Shown: piece after piece, positions 13,036-26,059 of the stretch
How the letters are laid out: the number at the start of each line of letters is the position of its first letter
How positions within the stretch are numbered: position 1 is the stretch's first letter
Assembly: GCF_009914755.1 (NCBI RefSeq)
Contig: NC_060931.1
DNA from: the human T2T-CHM13v2.0 reference genome, Homo sapiens
DNA length: 64,000 nucleotides
Strand: one strand, 5' to 3'
Notes under the pieces: model-generated
What the model was told of the DNA's origin: nothing
Databases searched by the model: none
Seen by the model: the letters and a program-made list of their open reading frames with translations, nothing else
Position numbers and translations under genes: made by a program

Positions 13036-13798
13036 GTAAGTTAGAAGTCAGACTTATTTACTACACCAATTTGGAAGTAGATTTCTTTCAGTTACTCACG
13101 AAACTATTGTTGAGGTCATCTAGGAATAAAAAACCAATAGAAAATGAAGTTATAAGTTACTTTAAAACCTGGATAAACCTGAAGATAAAGGCAGTAGGAT
13201 CATGTGAAACCTTGAAGTGACAAAATTGGACCTGGCATAACAGCTTGAATGATACTGTAGCTGGTTGACACTGATCACAAGAGCCTTCAAGAGTTTATTT
13301 TTTAAAATTGCTTTAAATTCAACATTTTGATTTCATTTCATGAATAAGAAGACAAATTTCAAGAATCTCATGCCTGTGGTATAATTAGTCAGTGTGATCA
13401 AAGGAGATAATTAAAAAGGATTCTTAATATGATATGAAGGGGATTTGAATTTTTTTATTGTGAAGAATCCTTTGTTATTTTGCTTTTTTAGTTGGTTGGT
13501 CAATCATCTTGTTACTAACTACTGTCAATTGAAATCTTTGCTCTGAGGCAGGTTTTCTAAATTTTTATTTCATTCCCTTGGATTTTTATAATTAACCATT
13601 ATATTGTCAGTCAACTCATGCTCAAATAATTTTGTCCATTTAAGAATTGATAGTTTTATTGATAATGCCATGAAAGTAGTTTGATTTGCTGTGAATAATA
13701 GTATAATTTTCTAAAATAGGTTAATGAAGGGAATTTGAAAGTGTGATTGAATAGTACTGTTGATACATGAATAACTTGGCCCTTTTTGCTTTTGTCAG

Positions 13799-13901
13799 CA
13801 ACAGAAGAACCTTGAAGGCTATGTGGGATTTGCCAATCTCCCAAATCAAGTATACAGAAAATCGGTGAAGAGAGGTTTTGAATTCACGCTTATGGTAGTG
13901 G
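13799..13901 (+). CDS. SEPTIN7: SEPTIN7 exon 3 (103 nt): [34 protein letters not shown](G), polybasic region
   Basis: ctttttgcttttgtcag|CAACAG...GTAGTGG|gtaaga; septin [11 protein letters not shown] signature. Confidence 0.97.
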
Positions 13902-14493
13902 GTAAGATATGATTTCTTACTAAAATGGAACTTTGGTTTAAGTTTTAAACGTTAGTCAACTCTGAATAGATTTAAGAAAACACTGGCACAGATATCTACA
14001 GTGATCATATCTTTGTTGTATTTTCTCTTATGTGCATACATTTTAAAATTTAACTCAGTGGCATAATGGGATTTATGTCTTGCCTCTTATTTTAAGGTAG
14101 AAACTACAAGTTGAGAAATGGTGGGTGATAGTGTTGGAGTGGAACTCTAGAGAAGTTATCTTCAATTCATAGTGCTACAAAAGAAAATAGCATCTGGTGG
14201 TTACTTACTACTCCAGGATAGTTTTGTTTTCTGGCTTATATGCTATAGTGGAGTATCATATAAGCATTTAACTTAATGTGCTCTGAATTTTGAAAAGAAA
14301 GGTAGGATAGAGGATCATAATAATGTAGTTGATTACCCTTGGAATTCATTAATTGAATGTAAGCACTGGAATGAGTAAAATATGACTCTCCTGGTTCTCT
14401 AATTCAGTCTGAGTTTTCTTTTGTGTGTTATTCCATGAACACATTACCCTGCCTATAGTCCATTTGAAAATACTGTTAAGGATAATTTTGACT

Positions 14494-15158
14494 GTAGGTT
14501 GGTAGCATCATTATTAAATATGAAGAAACACACTGTGTCTTTCCCATCTATAAGATTAGTTATCTTCAATAACAGTCTTACTCTTAAATGACTATACAGT
14601 ATTTTCACCTCATATAGGCTGACTTTAGAACCTAAGTTACGAATATTGTATAGTGTAACTTTGTTGTATTTCTGTTATTTAAGAAGGTGAATTGCAGGGT
14701 AGTGGATTAGCTATCCTTAACAAAGAAAGTTGAGTTGATGCTTGACTTTTTAGGTAGTATACATTTTTGTTAACTATGTTTCAACATCTAGTATTTTTAT
14801 TTTGGTGCTGAATTAGGTTAATTGAACTAGCTGTGAAATACTCCTTTATTGGGAGGTAGAATATTTTATCTACTGACTGCAATATTTTACCTGTTGGTCA
14901 GTTTTTGGCTCTTTGGAAGTTGTATACATCGTCAGAGTTCACAGTTAAAACAGGTACAGAATATGCAAATTTGATACTTTATAGCATTGGTTACCTTGTC
15001 TATGTATCTCTTGTTGAGTAGAAGTATGGTATATCTAGCTTGCAAACTGCTGCTGTGGAGTAGAGATGGGTCTAGATAGAGGGATAAAATAATGCAGAGC
15101 ATACCTTTTCTTCGGTAGGTTGGTAACATCATCATTATATGAAGAAACACTGTATCTT
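14494..15158. repeat. Dispersed direct repeat (14494-14541 and 15115-15158)
   Basis: gtaggttggtagcatcattattaaatatgaagaaacacactgtgtctt vs gtaggttggtaacatcatcattatatgaagaaacactgtatctt. Confidence 0.85.
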
Positions 15159-16323
15159 ACCTTTACATATGTAATATTAATAATCTCAAGTGACAAACTG
15201 TAGACAAATACAATTTTTTCACTTACGGGAAAACCTCCTAGGTCCATTAGGAGAACTGTAACAATTAAAAAAATTTCCTTTGACTTTAGAATTTTTGTTT
15301 AAAGAATTACTTTTTAAACTATACTTAGTAGGATAATGTCTGGTGATCAAGGCCAGAGAGTTGATTTAAAATCTCTGTGGCATTTTTCCAAATGAAAAAA
15401 ATCAAATAATCATCTGATTTTGATTTTTAGAGGAAATATTCAGTCTCTAGATGTATATTACTTATTAGCTTTTCTAATTAATCCCTTTGTGAAATGCAGC
15501 TTTTCTTTTTTCTCTTCCTAATGATAAGACTTCAACTGAGGCCAAAGAAAAATAGGTGTTAATATCCTTACTTTCAAGTGTTAATATCCTTATTCTGTTT
15601 TCCCACTGAGCCTTGAACATTGTTTAATTAACTACATTTGAATAGATATATTGAGTGCAGGTATTAAATATTTTCATCTATATAGGTGTAGTGCCTTATA
15701 CATAGTCACTTACTAAGTATCTAATCACTTAGTATCTAATATGTTGATTTATTTTTCAGATTTTAGGCTGACTCTAACAGCATCATTTGCAAATCATAGA
15801 AAGCTGAAACCAACCTTGCTTTAATATTCTTGACTTAAAAACTTTCAGCTATTCCTTATGAGCTAAATCCTCATTTTTGGGATCTAAACTCAGAATAAAT
15901 TTGGCTCCCACATTACGACAGTTCATTTACAACTTACACATTGATATCAACTGAGAATCTGTAACAGATTTTTTTTTTATTAAACTCTTTGTACTTTGTT
16001 GGAAAACCTTTAATAATCTTGCTTCATAAGCAATGTTTATTGAGTACTTGCTTGAGTGACTTATTTGTATCAAAGAAGCATGCTGTGTATTCCCATATTT
16101 TCTGTCTTAAAGGAGCTTCTGATTTATATGACAAGATAAACCACATAGAAATATGAGTCAGTAGAATCATACAAAAGTTAAGAGCCATAGAAGTTTAAGG
16201 GTATAGGACAGTTTGCCTCAGTTGGAGATTATTATTGCCTTCTTTTGAAAAGGGAGGCATTAGGACAAATTTTTGAAGGATAGAATTGGGGCCAAGATTG
16301 AAGGAGCAGTCCTGTTGGCGGAA

Positions 16324-16571
16324 ATAATAGCCATCATTTACATAACTTTTTTATGTGCCAGGTAATGTTTTCAGTACTTTATGGGCATTATCTGCTAACT
16401 TACGATTCTTACAACAGCCCTATGAAGTAGGTATTGTTATCCCATTTTGGAGCTGAAGAAACTGAGGCATAGCGAGATTAGGTTACTTGCCCATGGTTAC
16501 ATTGCTAGGAGATGGCAGAACCAAACCCAGTCTACTGCTCAGTTAGTCTGGGATGTTCTTAACCACCATGC
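16324..16571 (-). mobile_element. MIR
   Basis: acagccctatgaagtaggtattgttatcccatttt...gaaactgaggc core. Confidence 0.8.
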
Positions 16572-18652
16572 AGAGGCTAATCTGGGGATACTGGGTATAG
16601 TGCAGTGTTTATAAGAGTACATCCAATATGCCTTGAACTTAGATGAATTCAGTGAAAGAGAGAATGAATGAGAATGAGAACTAGAGAACTTAAATAGTAC
16701 AAGTAATTTTTCCTGTTATTCCACTGGAATGAGCATCTGGCCTAGAGTGGGTGTGAAGTGGGAGAGGTGCATTTGCTATTCTCCTAGTCATTATTAGCTT
16801 CCACATAGTTTGATAGTGTGAACTCCTCACTTTGCTGAATGTTATAGTCTAGGGACAACAGGGCACCTAAGTACAAATTGGTCACTTTTTATGTGTTCAA
16901 AGAAACAGTTACCTATTTTAGTGGAGGAGGAAGATAGGTTGTTAGCTTGTATGTAATTGTGCTTTATGGATGATATAAGGAATTTTTCAAGATTTTTTTC
17001 ACAGCACACTGACTTTAGGATCTGACCCCTAAGGTGTAACTTTACAATTAAAATTAAGCTGGAAAGGTAGACTAGCCAGGATTTTGGAGACCCTGATTGA
17101 CAATTTGATGGGGAGATTAGAATTCTTGATTTTGAATCTTTAAAAATTTAGGCATATCAAATAATGAAGACATGTAGATCTCTATTCAGTGAAGTTGTCT
17201 AACCTGTTTGGCTTGGAACTTGACTATCATTAGTGTGCTCCCTAATTAGACTTAACTGTGATAGAGAATAAATTTTTAATTGTAATATCCTGTTTTTACT
17301 AGAATTCTTCAAGGAGGCAGAACTCAGAAAACTGTAGTTTGCTTTATTTAACTTGAAATAGTTTTTAAAACAGGTAGTATTAAACCTATTATTCTGAATC
17401 CTAGGAAGATAGAATCCAAAATTCAGTCATTTCTGTAATCTTGAACTTTGCAAAATTTTTGTGATAACAGAATTTTAAACATTTAATGATATGTCAATAA
17501 TGTATTTGACCTATGCCACATGTGTTTAGTGGCAGATTGGCACTTCTATTTTTTTTTCCAGTGGGAGAGAGCTTAGAATATGTTGGTTTGGCCATTTTTT
17601 GGGATTCAGAGTTTATCCTAATTTTTTTTTGGTATATGCCTTATCAGAGAAAGTTTAGGAGTTACTTAGTTAGTGATAGGATATACGATGACTATCCTAG
17701 TTGTCATTTTCCTCCACTGCCTGTTGATGTTTGAATTGATAAAATAACATCTATATCAGTTTATCAGGTTATTTGAAAAAATTGAAAGATAATATTGGCT
17801 CAAAATTTTGTATCTAGGCTGTTGAGCATTTTGTGGTATTTTTAAGATATGTTAATTCCGTGAAATGTTTTGAGTTATGATTTTAAGATTTTTCCTTGAG
17901 CTCTGTATTTTTATTTTGCTTTTATTAATAGAAGTAACTTAACTGATAATGACTTCACAACATTGGGGATATACTAAAAACCATTGAATTATACACTTTA
18001 AAATGGTGAATTTTATCTTAGAAAAAGTAATTCAAAAAGAAAGTTTAGAAGAAAAAAATCACATAATTCCACATGTCCACTATTTTAATTTTGTACATTC
18101 CTTCTAGCTGTTAAATCTGAATATTCTTTAAAGCACTTAAAAAATAAAGTTAATATATTTCATTGCAGAAATTGGGAAATGCAGAAAAGCAAAACGAAAA
18201 TAAATATTGTCATCTGTCACCTATTGATAATAACTCTTAAGTATAGGAACATTTAGTATTCTTATGTGTATCTGTAATGTTCTATGATTGCCTTTTAAAT
18301 GTGTAGTTAAATTGTGATTATCTTGTGATATCGTACGTTCTTTCATAACCTATCTATTGGTCAAATTGTAGACTTTAATGGCCTGTATAGGTTAGATATA
18401 TCATTCTTGGTCATATTGTCAGGATAGTTAAAATTGCTAGCTAGTATTAATACTATAATAACATCGTTATAGTTATACCTTTGCTTCAATTTTTATTTAT
18501 TTTCTTAGAATAATAAAGCTTTGGAAGTTTGAATTGCTGTTAAGATTGATGCATTGATTTAAGGGTTTTGATACATAATACCAAATTGCTCTAAAACAAG
18601 TTGTGTACCATTTTGTATGCTCATCAAGTGTTGACAGCACTGTTTTTCCTGA

Positions 18653-19029
<377 letters not shown>

Positions 19030-19237
19030 GTCGCAAGTTATTGTTTATTTATCTTTGATATTCTTTTATAAATGGTGTGTTCCAGTTTATTTTTAAAAAC
19101 TTTTTTTTTCTTAAGTTTAGGTAGGTAGGTACTCTGAGGGCATTATTATTATTTTGTTGTTGGTAGGCATTGACATTTTTTTCCAGAATTTTTTGTGTGT
19201 TGTGTTTTCTATTAGCTTGATTTTTATATTATCCAAA

Positions 19238-19362
19238 CTTCCTTCCTTCCTTCCTTCCTTCCTTCCTTCCTTCCTTCCTTCCTTCCTTCCTTCCTTCCTT
19301 CCCTCCCTCCCTCCCTCCCTCCCTCCCTCCCTCCCTCCTCCCTCCCTCCCTCCCTCCCTCCC
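19238..19362. repeat. (CCTT)n-(CCCT)n compound microsatellite at an Alu tail
   Basis: Pure pyrimidine tetranucleotide array. Confidence 0.95.
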
Positions 19363-19653
19363 TACAGGGTCTTGCTTTGTCACCCAGGCTGGAGTGTAGT
19401 GTCACACTCTTGGCTCACTGCAGTCTCTGCCTCCTGGGTTCAAGTCATCCTCTCCCCTCAGCCTCCCAAGTAGCTGGGACTACAATTGTGTGCCACCGTG
19501 CCCAGCTAATTTTTTGTTTTTGTATTTTTTTTGTAGAGGTGATGTTTCACCATGTTGCCCGTGGCTAATCTTGAACTCCTGGGCTCAAGCGATCCATCCG
19601 CCTTGGCCTCCCAAAGTGCTAGGATTACAGGTGTGAGCCATTATGCCCGACCT
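19363..19653 (-). mobile_element. Alu (AluJ-like)
   Basis: Antisense dimer; ctcctgggctcaagcgatc. Confidence 0.9.
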
Positions 19654-20496
19654 CAGTCTTTTTCTTTGTGGTTTACTTAATGTCTTCTTGCTTGATTCAA
19701 GGTTATTAGAAGTTTTACTACATATTAAATATAAAGACTAAATGACTAATTAAAGACTAATTTTTTATTTTGAAATCTTAAATCCGTATGGTTTTTTGAT
19801 CTAAGTTGTGAGGCAGGAATCTGATGTTTATTTTTTAAATGGTTGAGTAGCCCTACCAAAACCGTTTGTTACAAGCTTAATTTTTAAAAGTGTATATGCT
19901 TGGTTTGTTTTCTTTCTTACCCTTTGGTTTAGTTCATTGGTCTTCCTATATAAATACTACATTCTTGGAGTTATAAATTTCCAGCAATTATGTTGTTGAT
20001 TTATGTAGGAAGATTACCAGAGTTTATGTTAATTTAGGGAGATAGGCAAACAGTAAGTCAAATGATTACAAACTGCTATTTTCTAGAAAGAAATAAACAT
20101 GGTGAGACTTATTTGGAGTCATCAAGGAGGACCTGCCTTTTTGAAAAGGATATTTTTTCATGCTAATTCCTGAATTACATGACAGTTAGGAAATACTAAA
20201 AAGAGAAAAAAAGGAAAATAAAGACTTAGCAGCAAGAGATAATAATCATTAATATATGCTGTGTTTATCTTCCATATTTTACTTTGACCACTGTGTAATG
20301 TTTCCAGCTGTGGCTATCTGATATTTTACCATTGCTTCATCATTTGACATTTGAATGATTTGTTTTGTTTAATCTCATAATAATGCTGCAATAAAAATTT
20401 TACAGAATGGAAATTTTGGTCAACATTTTAACGATAATGCTTAATGGCTATATGTGTATTCTAATCTGAGATGGAATATGCTATAATTTTTGTAAT

Positions 20497-20826
20497 TTAT
20501 GTTATGTTATGTTATGTTATGTTATGTTATGTTATGTTATTTTTGAGACAGAGTCTTGCTCTGTTGACCAGGCTGGAGTACAGTGCGCTATCTCGGCTCA
20601 CTGCAACCTCCACCTCCCAGGTTCAAGCAATTCTCTGCCTCAGCCTCCCCAGTAGCTGGGATTATAGGCGCCTGCCACCATCACGCTCAGCTAATTTTTG
20701 TATTTTTAGTAGAGATGGGGTTTCACCATCTTGGCCAGGCTGGTCTTGAACTCCTGACCTTGTGATCCACTTGCCTCGGCCTCCCAAAATGCTGGGATTA
20801 CAGGCGTGAGCCATTGCGCCTGACCT
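20497..20826 (-). mobile_element. Alu (AluS-like) with (TTATG)n tail
   Basis: About 8 copies of TTATG at 20497-20540, then antisense dimer. Confidence 0.92.
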
Positions 20827-21050
20827 GTAATTTATTTTTTTACTGATGGACACTAGGTTTGTTTTTACCCCTACCCTTGTTACAAATAGCATGGCAATGA
20901 AGATCTTTAAACACACAGAGTTTTGTTATATGTATGTTGGCAGACAGAGGGCAGTATCATTTTTATTTATTTGTTAATAATTCCTGAAGTAGGATTATTA
21001 GATCAAAGTATTTGAACATTTTGTGGCTCTTGGCACATACTGGCAAATTG

Positions 21051-21249
21051 TTCCTTTCTTTTCTTTCCCTTTTCCTTTTTCTTTTTTTACCTTCCCTTTT
21101 TCCCCTTCCCCCTTCCTCCTTCCCCCTTCCCCCATCCTTCCTCCTCCCTCCCCCTCCTCCTCCCCCTTCCCCCTCCCCCCTTTCCCCTCCCCCCTTCCCC
21201 CCTTTCCCCTCCCCTTCCCCTTCCCCTTCCCTTTTCTTCTTTTCTTTTT
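21051..21249. repeat. C/T-rich low-complexity polypyrimidine tract at an Alu tail
   Basis: About 200 nt almost entirely C/T with many C4-C6 runs. Confidence 0.93.
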
Positions 21250-21550
21250 GAAACAAGGTCTTGTTCTGGTGCCCAAGCTGGAGCCCAGTGGTATAATCAG
21301 AGCTCCCTGCAGCCTTGAGCCCCTGGACTCAAGTGATCGTCCCACCTCAGCCTCCCAAGTACCTGGGACTACAGGCACACACCACTATGCCCAGCTAATT
21401 AAAAAAATAAAAATAAAACAAAATTTGTTTTGTAGAGATGGGGTCTCACTGTGTTGCCCAGGCTAACCTTGAACTCCTGGCCTAAAGCAGTCCTCTCTCC
21501 TTGGCTTCCTAGAGTGCTGGGATTACAGGTGTGAGTCATCATGCCTGGCC
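21250..21550 (-). mobile_element. Alu (AluJo-like)
   Basis: Diverged antisense dimer. Confidence 0.88.
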
Positions 21551-22043
21551 AGCAAAATTGTTTTTTAAAAGTTTATGCTACTAAAGATTATATATTAAGA
21601 AAAAAGGAAATTTTTTTTTTCTGAATTTGAAGAGATTTATGGTGTATTTGAAGGTTAGGCTATTCATTCCATGGATGTTATGACTGTTTTAGATGCTTGA
21701 GAGGGATTTTAAAGGTACATGAATACACTATAATAGTAGAGGAGGAAAACAGTATACACATAACTATACCATGAATCATAATGTGTTAAGTGGCATAAGA
21801 AATGTGTAAACCAAATGTTATGGAAGTTTAGAGAAAGGAGACTTTACAGCTAAAAAGCATGCCATTATCTTAATCATTTACTAATTCTTGAGAAAAAATG
21901 GTACTTTTTTTCAGTAATTCGTATATTCATGTTTTGTTTGCTTAATTCTTAATCTGAATTAATGGCTTAAATCCAGTGTCTTAATCATGGAACAGTGTAG
22001 TTAGGAAAAATACTTGGAAAATCAGTCTTACAGATTGCAGTCT

Positions 22044-22214
22044 ATTAGCCAGATGTAGCGGTGTGTACCTGTAATCCTAGCTACTCAGGAGGCTGAGGCA
22101 GGAGAATTGCTTGAACCCGGGAGGCAGGGGTTGCAGTGAGCCGAGATCGTGCCACTACACTTCAGCTTGGGCGACAGAGTGAGTGAGATTCTGTCTCAAA
22201 CGTAAAAAAAAAAA
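22044..22214 (+). mobile_element. Alu right arm
   Basis: attagcc...ggaggctgaggcaggagaattgcttgaaccc...polyA. Confidence 0.87.
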
Positions 22215-24071
22215 TGTGGTTCTGTAACAAGAGCACTATCTGGATTGACATATGTAAGAAATGTAATCTTGATAATATCCCAGTTTCATTTAGCAGTCTT
22301 TTAAAAAGTCATCAGTGTGATTTTAAAAATATAAGCAAGTCATTGAATTATGATTCTTAATCTGTTTTTGCTTCTCATACATATACTATCCTAATATGGT
22401 CTTTGAAAATAATACAAGAAACTCCAGTGTCGAAAAACACAGCTATCCTTTCTTTTGACAGACCGAGAGGCCTAAGATAAACTTCATAGTATATAGGCTG
22501 AATTAGTTAAGGATGGTCATGTTTGTCAGACCTAGAGAAACTGTTCTCTTGGTATTGAATACACTCAAGATTGATTGGATAGGTGGACTGAAGTAAAAAT
22601 GGTATCACATTTGTTAATTTTAATTAGCTAGATGTTGGGACAGAAATATGAAGGCCGCATAGTCTGTCAGTATTTTAAAAGAACTCAGTACTGAACGGAA
22701 GGCAAGGACATGAAGGGAGCACATGTTAGTGTAACTTCTTTACAGATAGAAATGTAATTCTCACATAGAAGACTCATTTAGTATGTAGTTTTCATCTTGG
22801 CAAGGAAGACTGCTCTTTCTTTCTCCATAATGGGTAATTTCTAAATCTTTCCTAGTCTAGGTCATGGAGGCCAAATACTATTGTGGGTCAGGTGGGTCCA
22901 TCGTTTTCTTAGGTGACTGTATCACATAAGTCTGAAATGTAATTTTAAATATGAGATAATAATATCACCTTCTGCTTAGCTATGACTACAGTCTAGCACC
23001 AAAGGAGGTCAGAATTTCCCCCTTTATATTTAGTCCATCTTTCTGTTGAAAGCATTTGTAGATTGAGTGTTTTTTGTATTATGAATCGGGTTTAGTCTCT
23101 CCCAAGGCAGGAAGTTTTCAAGTATTACATTTTTTAATACACAGCAGGTGGATTTTGTCTGAAAGATAGTTTTATGCCAGGATATTGTACTTGTTTCACT
23201 ATTGAACTACAGAACCTTAGAATTATTTTAAAGATTGGAAAGGTATAACCTGTCTCCCATGAAAGACCTTTGTAGTGGTAAATTTGCCAACCTTGTTAAT
23301 TTTACTCAAACTTTGTTTTTGAAAAAAAAAAAACCCTCATTTTAAGTAATAATTTTCATGTATTTATATCTAGGTCTTGGGGTTTTTTGGTCTGTTTTAC
23401 TATATAGGAGTATATAGCCATTTAAAGCAGTGGCTAAGGTACTGAAGGCTGTGGATCAAATTTTTAGCAGGGAAGGGGAATGCTGAATGGGTTCACTGAC
23501 TTGCCAAACTTTCTGAAATATAATTGAGATTTTTATCATGTCTTTATATTCTGGAGACAGATTGCATGTTTAGAATCTCAAAAAGGTCATCTACCTAAAA
23601 TACTGAAAATTATAGGTACAAAGTATTTTATATAATTAGAAGTGTACGTCATTATTTACTGCACATGATTACTGTGCTGAAAATAATGTGTTAATTTTAA
23701 ATTTTGAAACAATTCTAAACAAAAGTTACAAGTACAGTACATAACTTTTTTCCTAGGATATTTGAGATGGATGCTTCTCTTTTGTCCCCCTAAATACTTT
23801 AGTATATCTCTCTTCCTCAAGGATATTCTGCTATATAGCCATAATATACCATCAAAATCAGAAAGTAACAAGTGTATGTTATACACACACAGACACACAC
23901 ATTTATATATATATGTGTGTGTGTATGTATGTATTGAAAAATATAAGTGCACACTTAAATCTCCAATTTCATTCCATCACTGTAGGGGTCCTAATTTTCA
24001 TCTCTCCCATATTTGTATTGTCCTCTGATGGTGAAAATACCATTATCTTCCATATGTGTACTTATTTGATC

Positions 24072-24182
24072 AATCCCCCTGTAATTAATCCATCACCTCC
24101 TTCAGGTTCTTCCCTTTCTTCTCTGAAAAATATTAGGGAAGAACCAGAGGGAGGTAATGGATTAGTTAATTGCAGGGGGATT
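24072..24182. repeat. Fold-back inverted repeat (arms 24072-24115 / 24135-24182, 19-nt loop)
   Basis: 40/44 complementary plus one 4-nt bulge. Confidence 0.9.
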
Positions 24183-25522
24183 AGTGTAATTAAGGGGGAG
24201 GCAGTGGCCCTGCTTACCTCTCTTGTGCTGTGATGTCTTATGCAAGGCCATTCTTCTCATGTGGATGCCCCCTCATCCTATTTAACTCAGACATCTCATG
24301 CTAGTCCATTCGTATGCTCTATTAGAAACTTTTCCTCATTCCGTAGGCTCTAATACCCTAATACCCTGTTCTGGGCCACTGTGGATTTCTCTCCAGCATG
24401 GACACCTACCTCTGTCAGTCTCACGTAATGACTTTTGGACTGAATTTTTAGGAAGAAATATGGAAAAGATAGAGCTGAAATAATTTTGAAGTGTTCAAAA
24501 GCCAGTATTTGACTGTATTATAGAATTAATTGGTATGTGAATAGAATAGTTTTTTCGATGCCTAAAAATGTAGAAAAATTAGTAAAATTGTTATTTTGGA
24601 CTGCCATAGAAAAAAATGGTGGAGATAAAAAGCTCTGGAAAAATTTAGCTGGGAAATTAAAATTATCTGCATATGCCTACAAGTGTTGCAGAGTTATAAT
24701 ATTTACATATATTTTGATAAAGTAGCATGTCCCCCAAATTTACTAACAGTTGAAACAAATAGGCTGATATTTAGAAGGAAGAAAGTTTTAGACTTTGGGG
24801 CTTCTGTTTCTTGTACTGCCCAGAACCCTAAGTAAGCAGATGATAAATACAAGGTAATTATGCATATCAAAGAATCAAATGTGAAGATTTGATTGTGAAG
24901 AGTTCATTCTTAACTCAAGTTTTTAATGATCAAAGGCTATAAATTGTTTATTATGTTACAGATGGAAATAATTACAGCAATAACATAAAGGATGAGCTCT
25001 TTCATAGCATGCTTGTCCTGGTTCAGAGGGTAAATTTTAATTGAATGATTAGTAATTAAGTTTATGTACATCAGCAGTGTAAGTGCTAAGAATTACTGAT
25101 GAAGCGGATGACATGAAAATGAAAATGATTACTTCTACCCTCAAAGGAATTTCCAGGGAAATGCACACTACTAATTACATTTAGTTGAATAAAGGTTATA
25201 GTAATGTACATTTAAAGTGCCATGTAGTCAGGAGTTTTTATTTAGATTTATGTGGTAACTTTATTAGTCTGATAGGATCGATTAGAATCTTGAAACTAGT
25301 AACTCACTATTGTGTTTAAATTTGGAATTTACAATTTATTTTGGCAATTTTGTAAAATTTTATTCATGTTTTTGACTTATGTTTTTGTCACACCATGAAA
25401 ATAAGCCTTCTGTATTTAACTTTATATCTACTTTGTAAAAGTGCAGCAGCTGTTACACTGAAAAGAATATCATACTTAGTCCAGTTTAAAACTTCAATTT
25501 CTGTCACAGACAAGCTGTATGA

Positions 25523-25897
<375 letters not shown>

Positions 25898-25918
25898 TGA
25901 TTACAAAAAGTAAACGAA

Positions 25919-26059
25919 GGCCAGGCTCATTGATGTGTGTAATCCCAGCACTTTGGAAGGCCCAGGTAGGAGGATTGCTTGAGCCTAGGGGTTCGAGACG
26001 ACCCTGGGCAACAGAGTGAGACCCCATTTCTAAAAAAATATAAAAAATAAAAATAAAAG
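25919..26059 (+). mobile_element. Alu monomer (FLAM_C-like)
   Basis: ggccagg...taatcccagcactttgg...gagaccccatttctaaaaaa. Confidence 0.8.
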
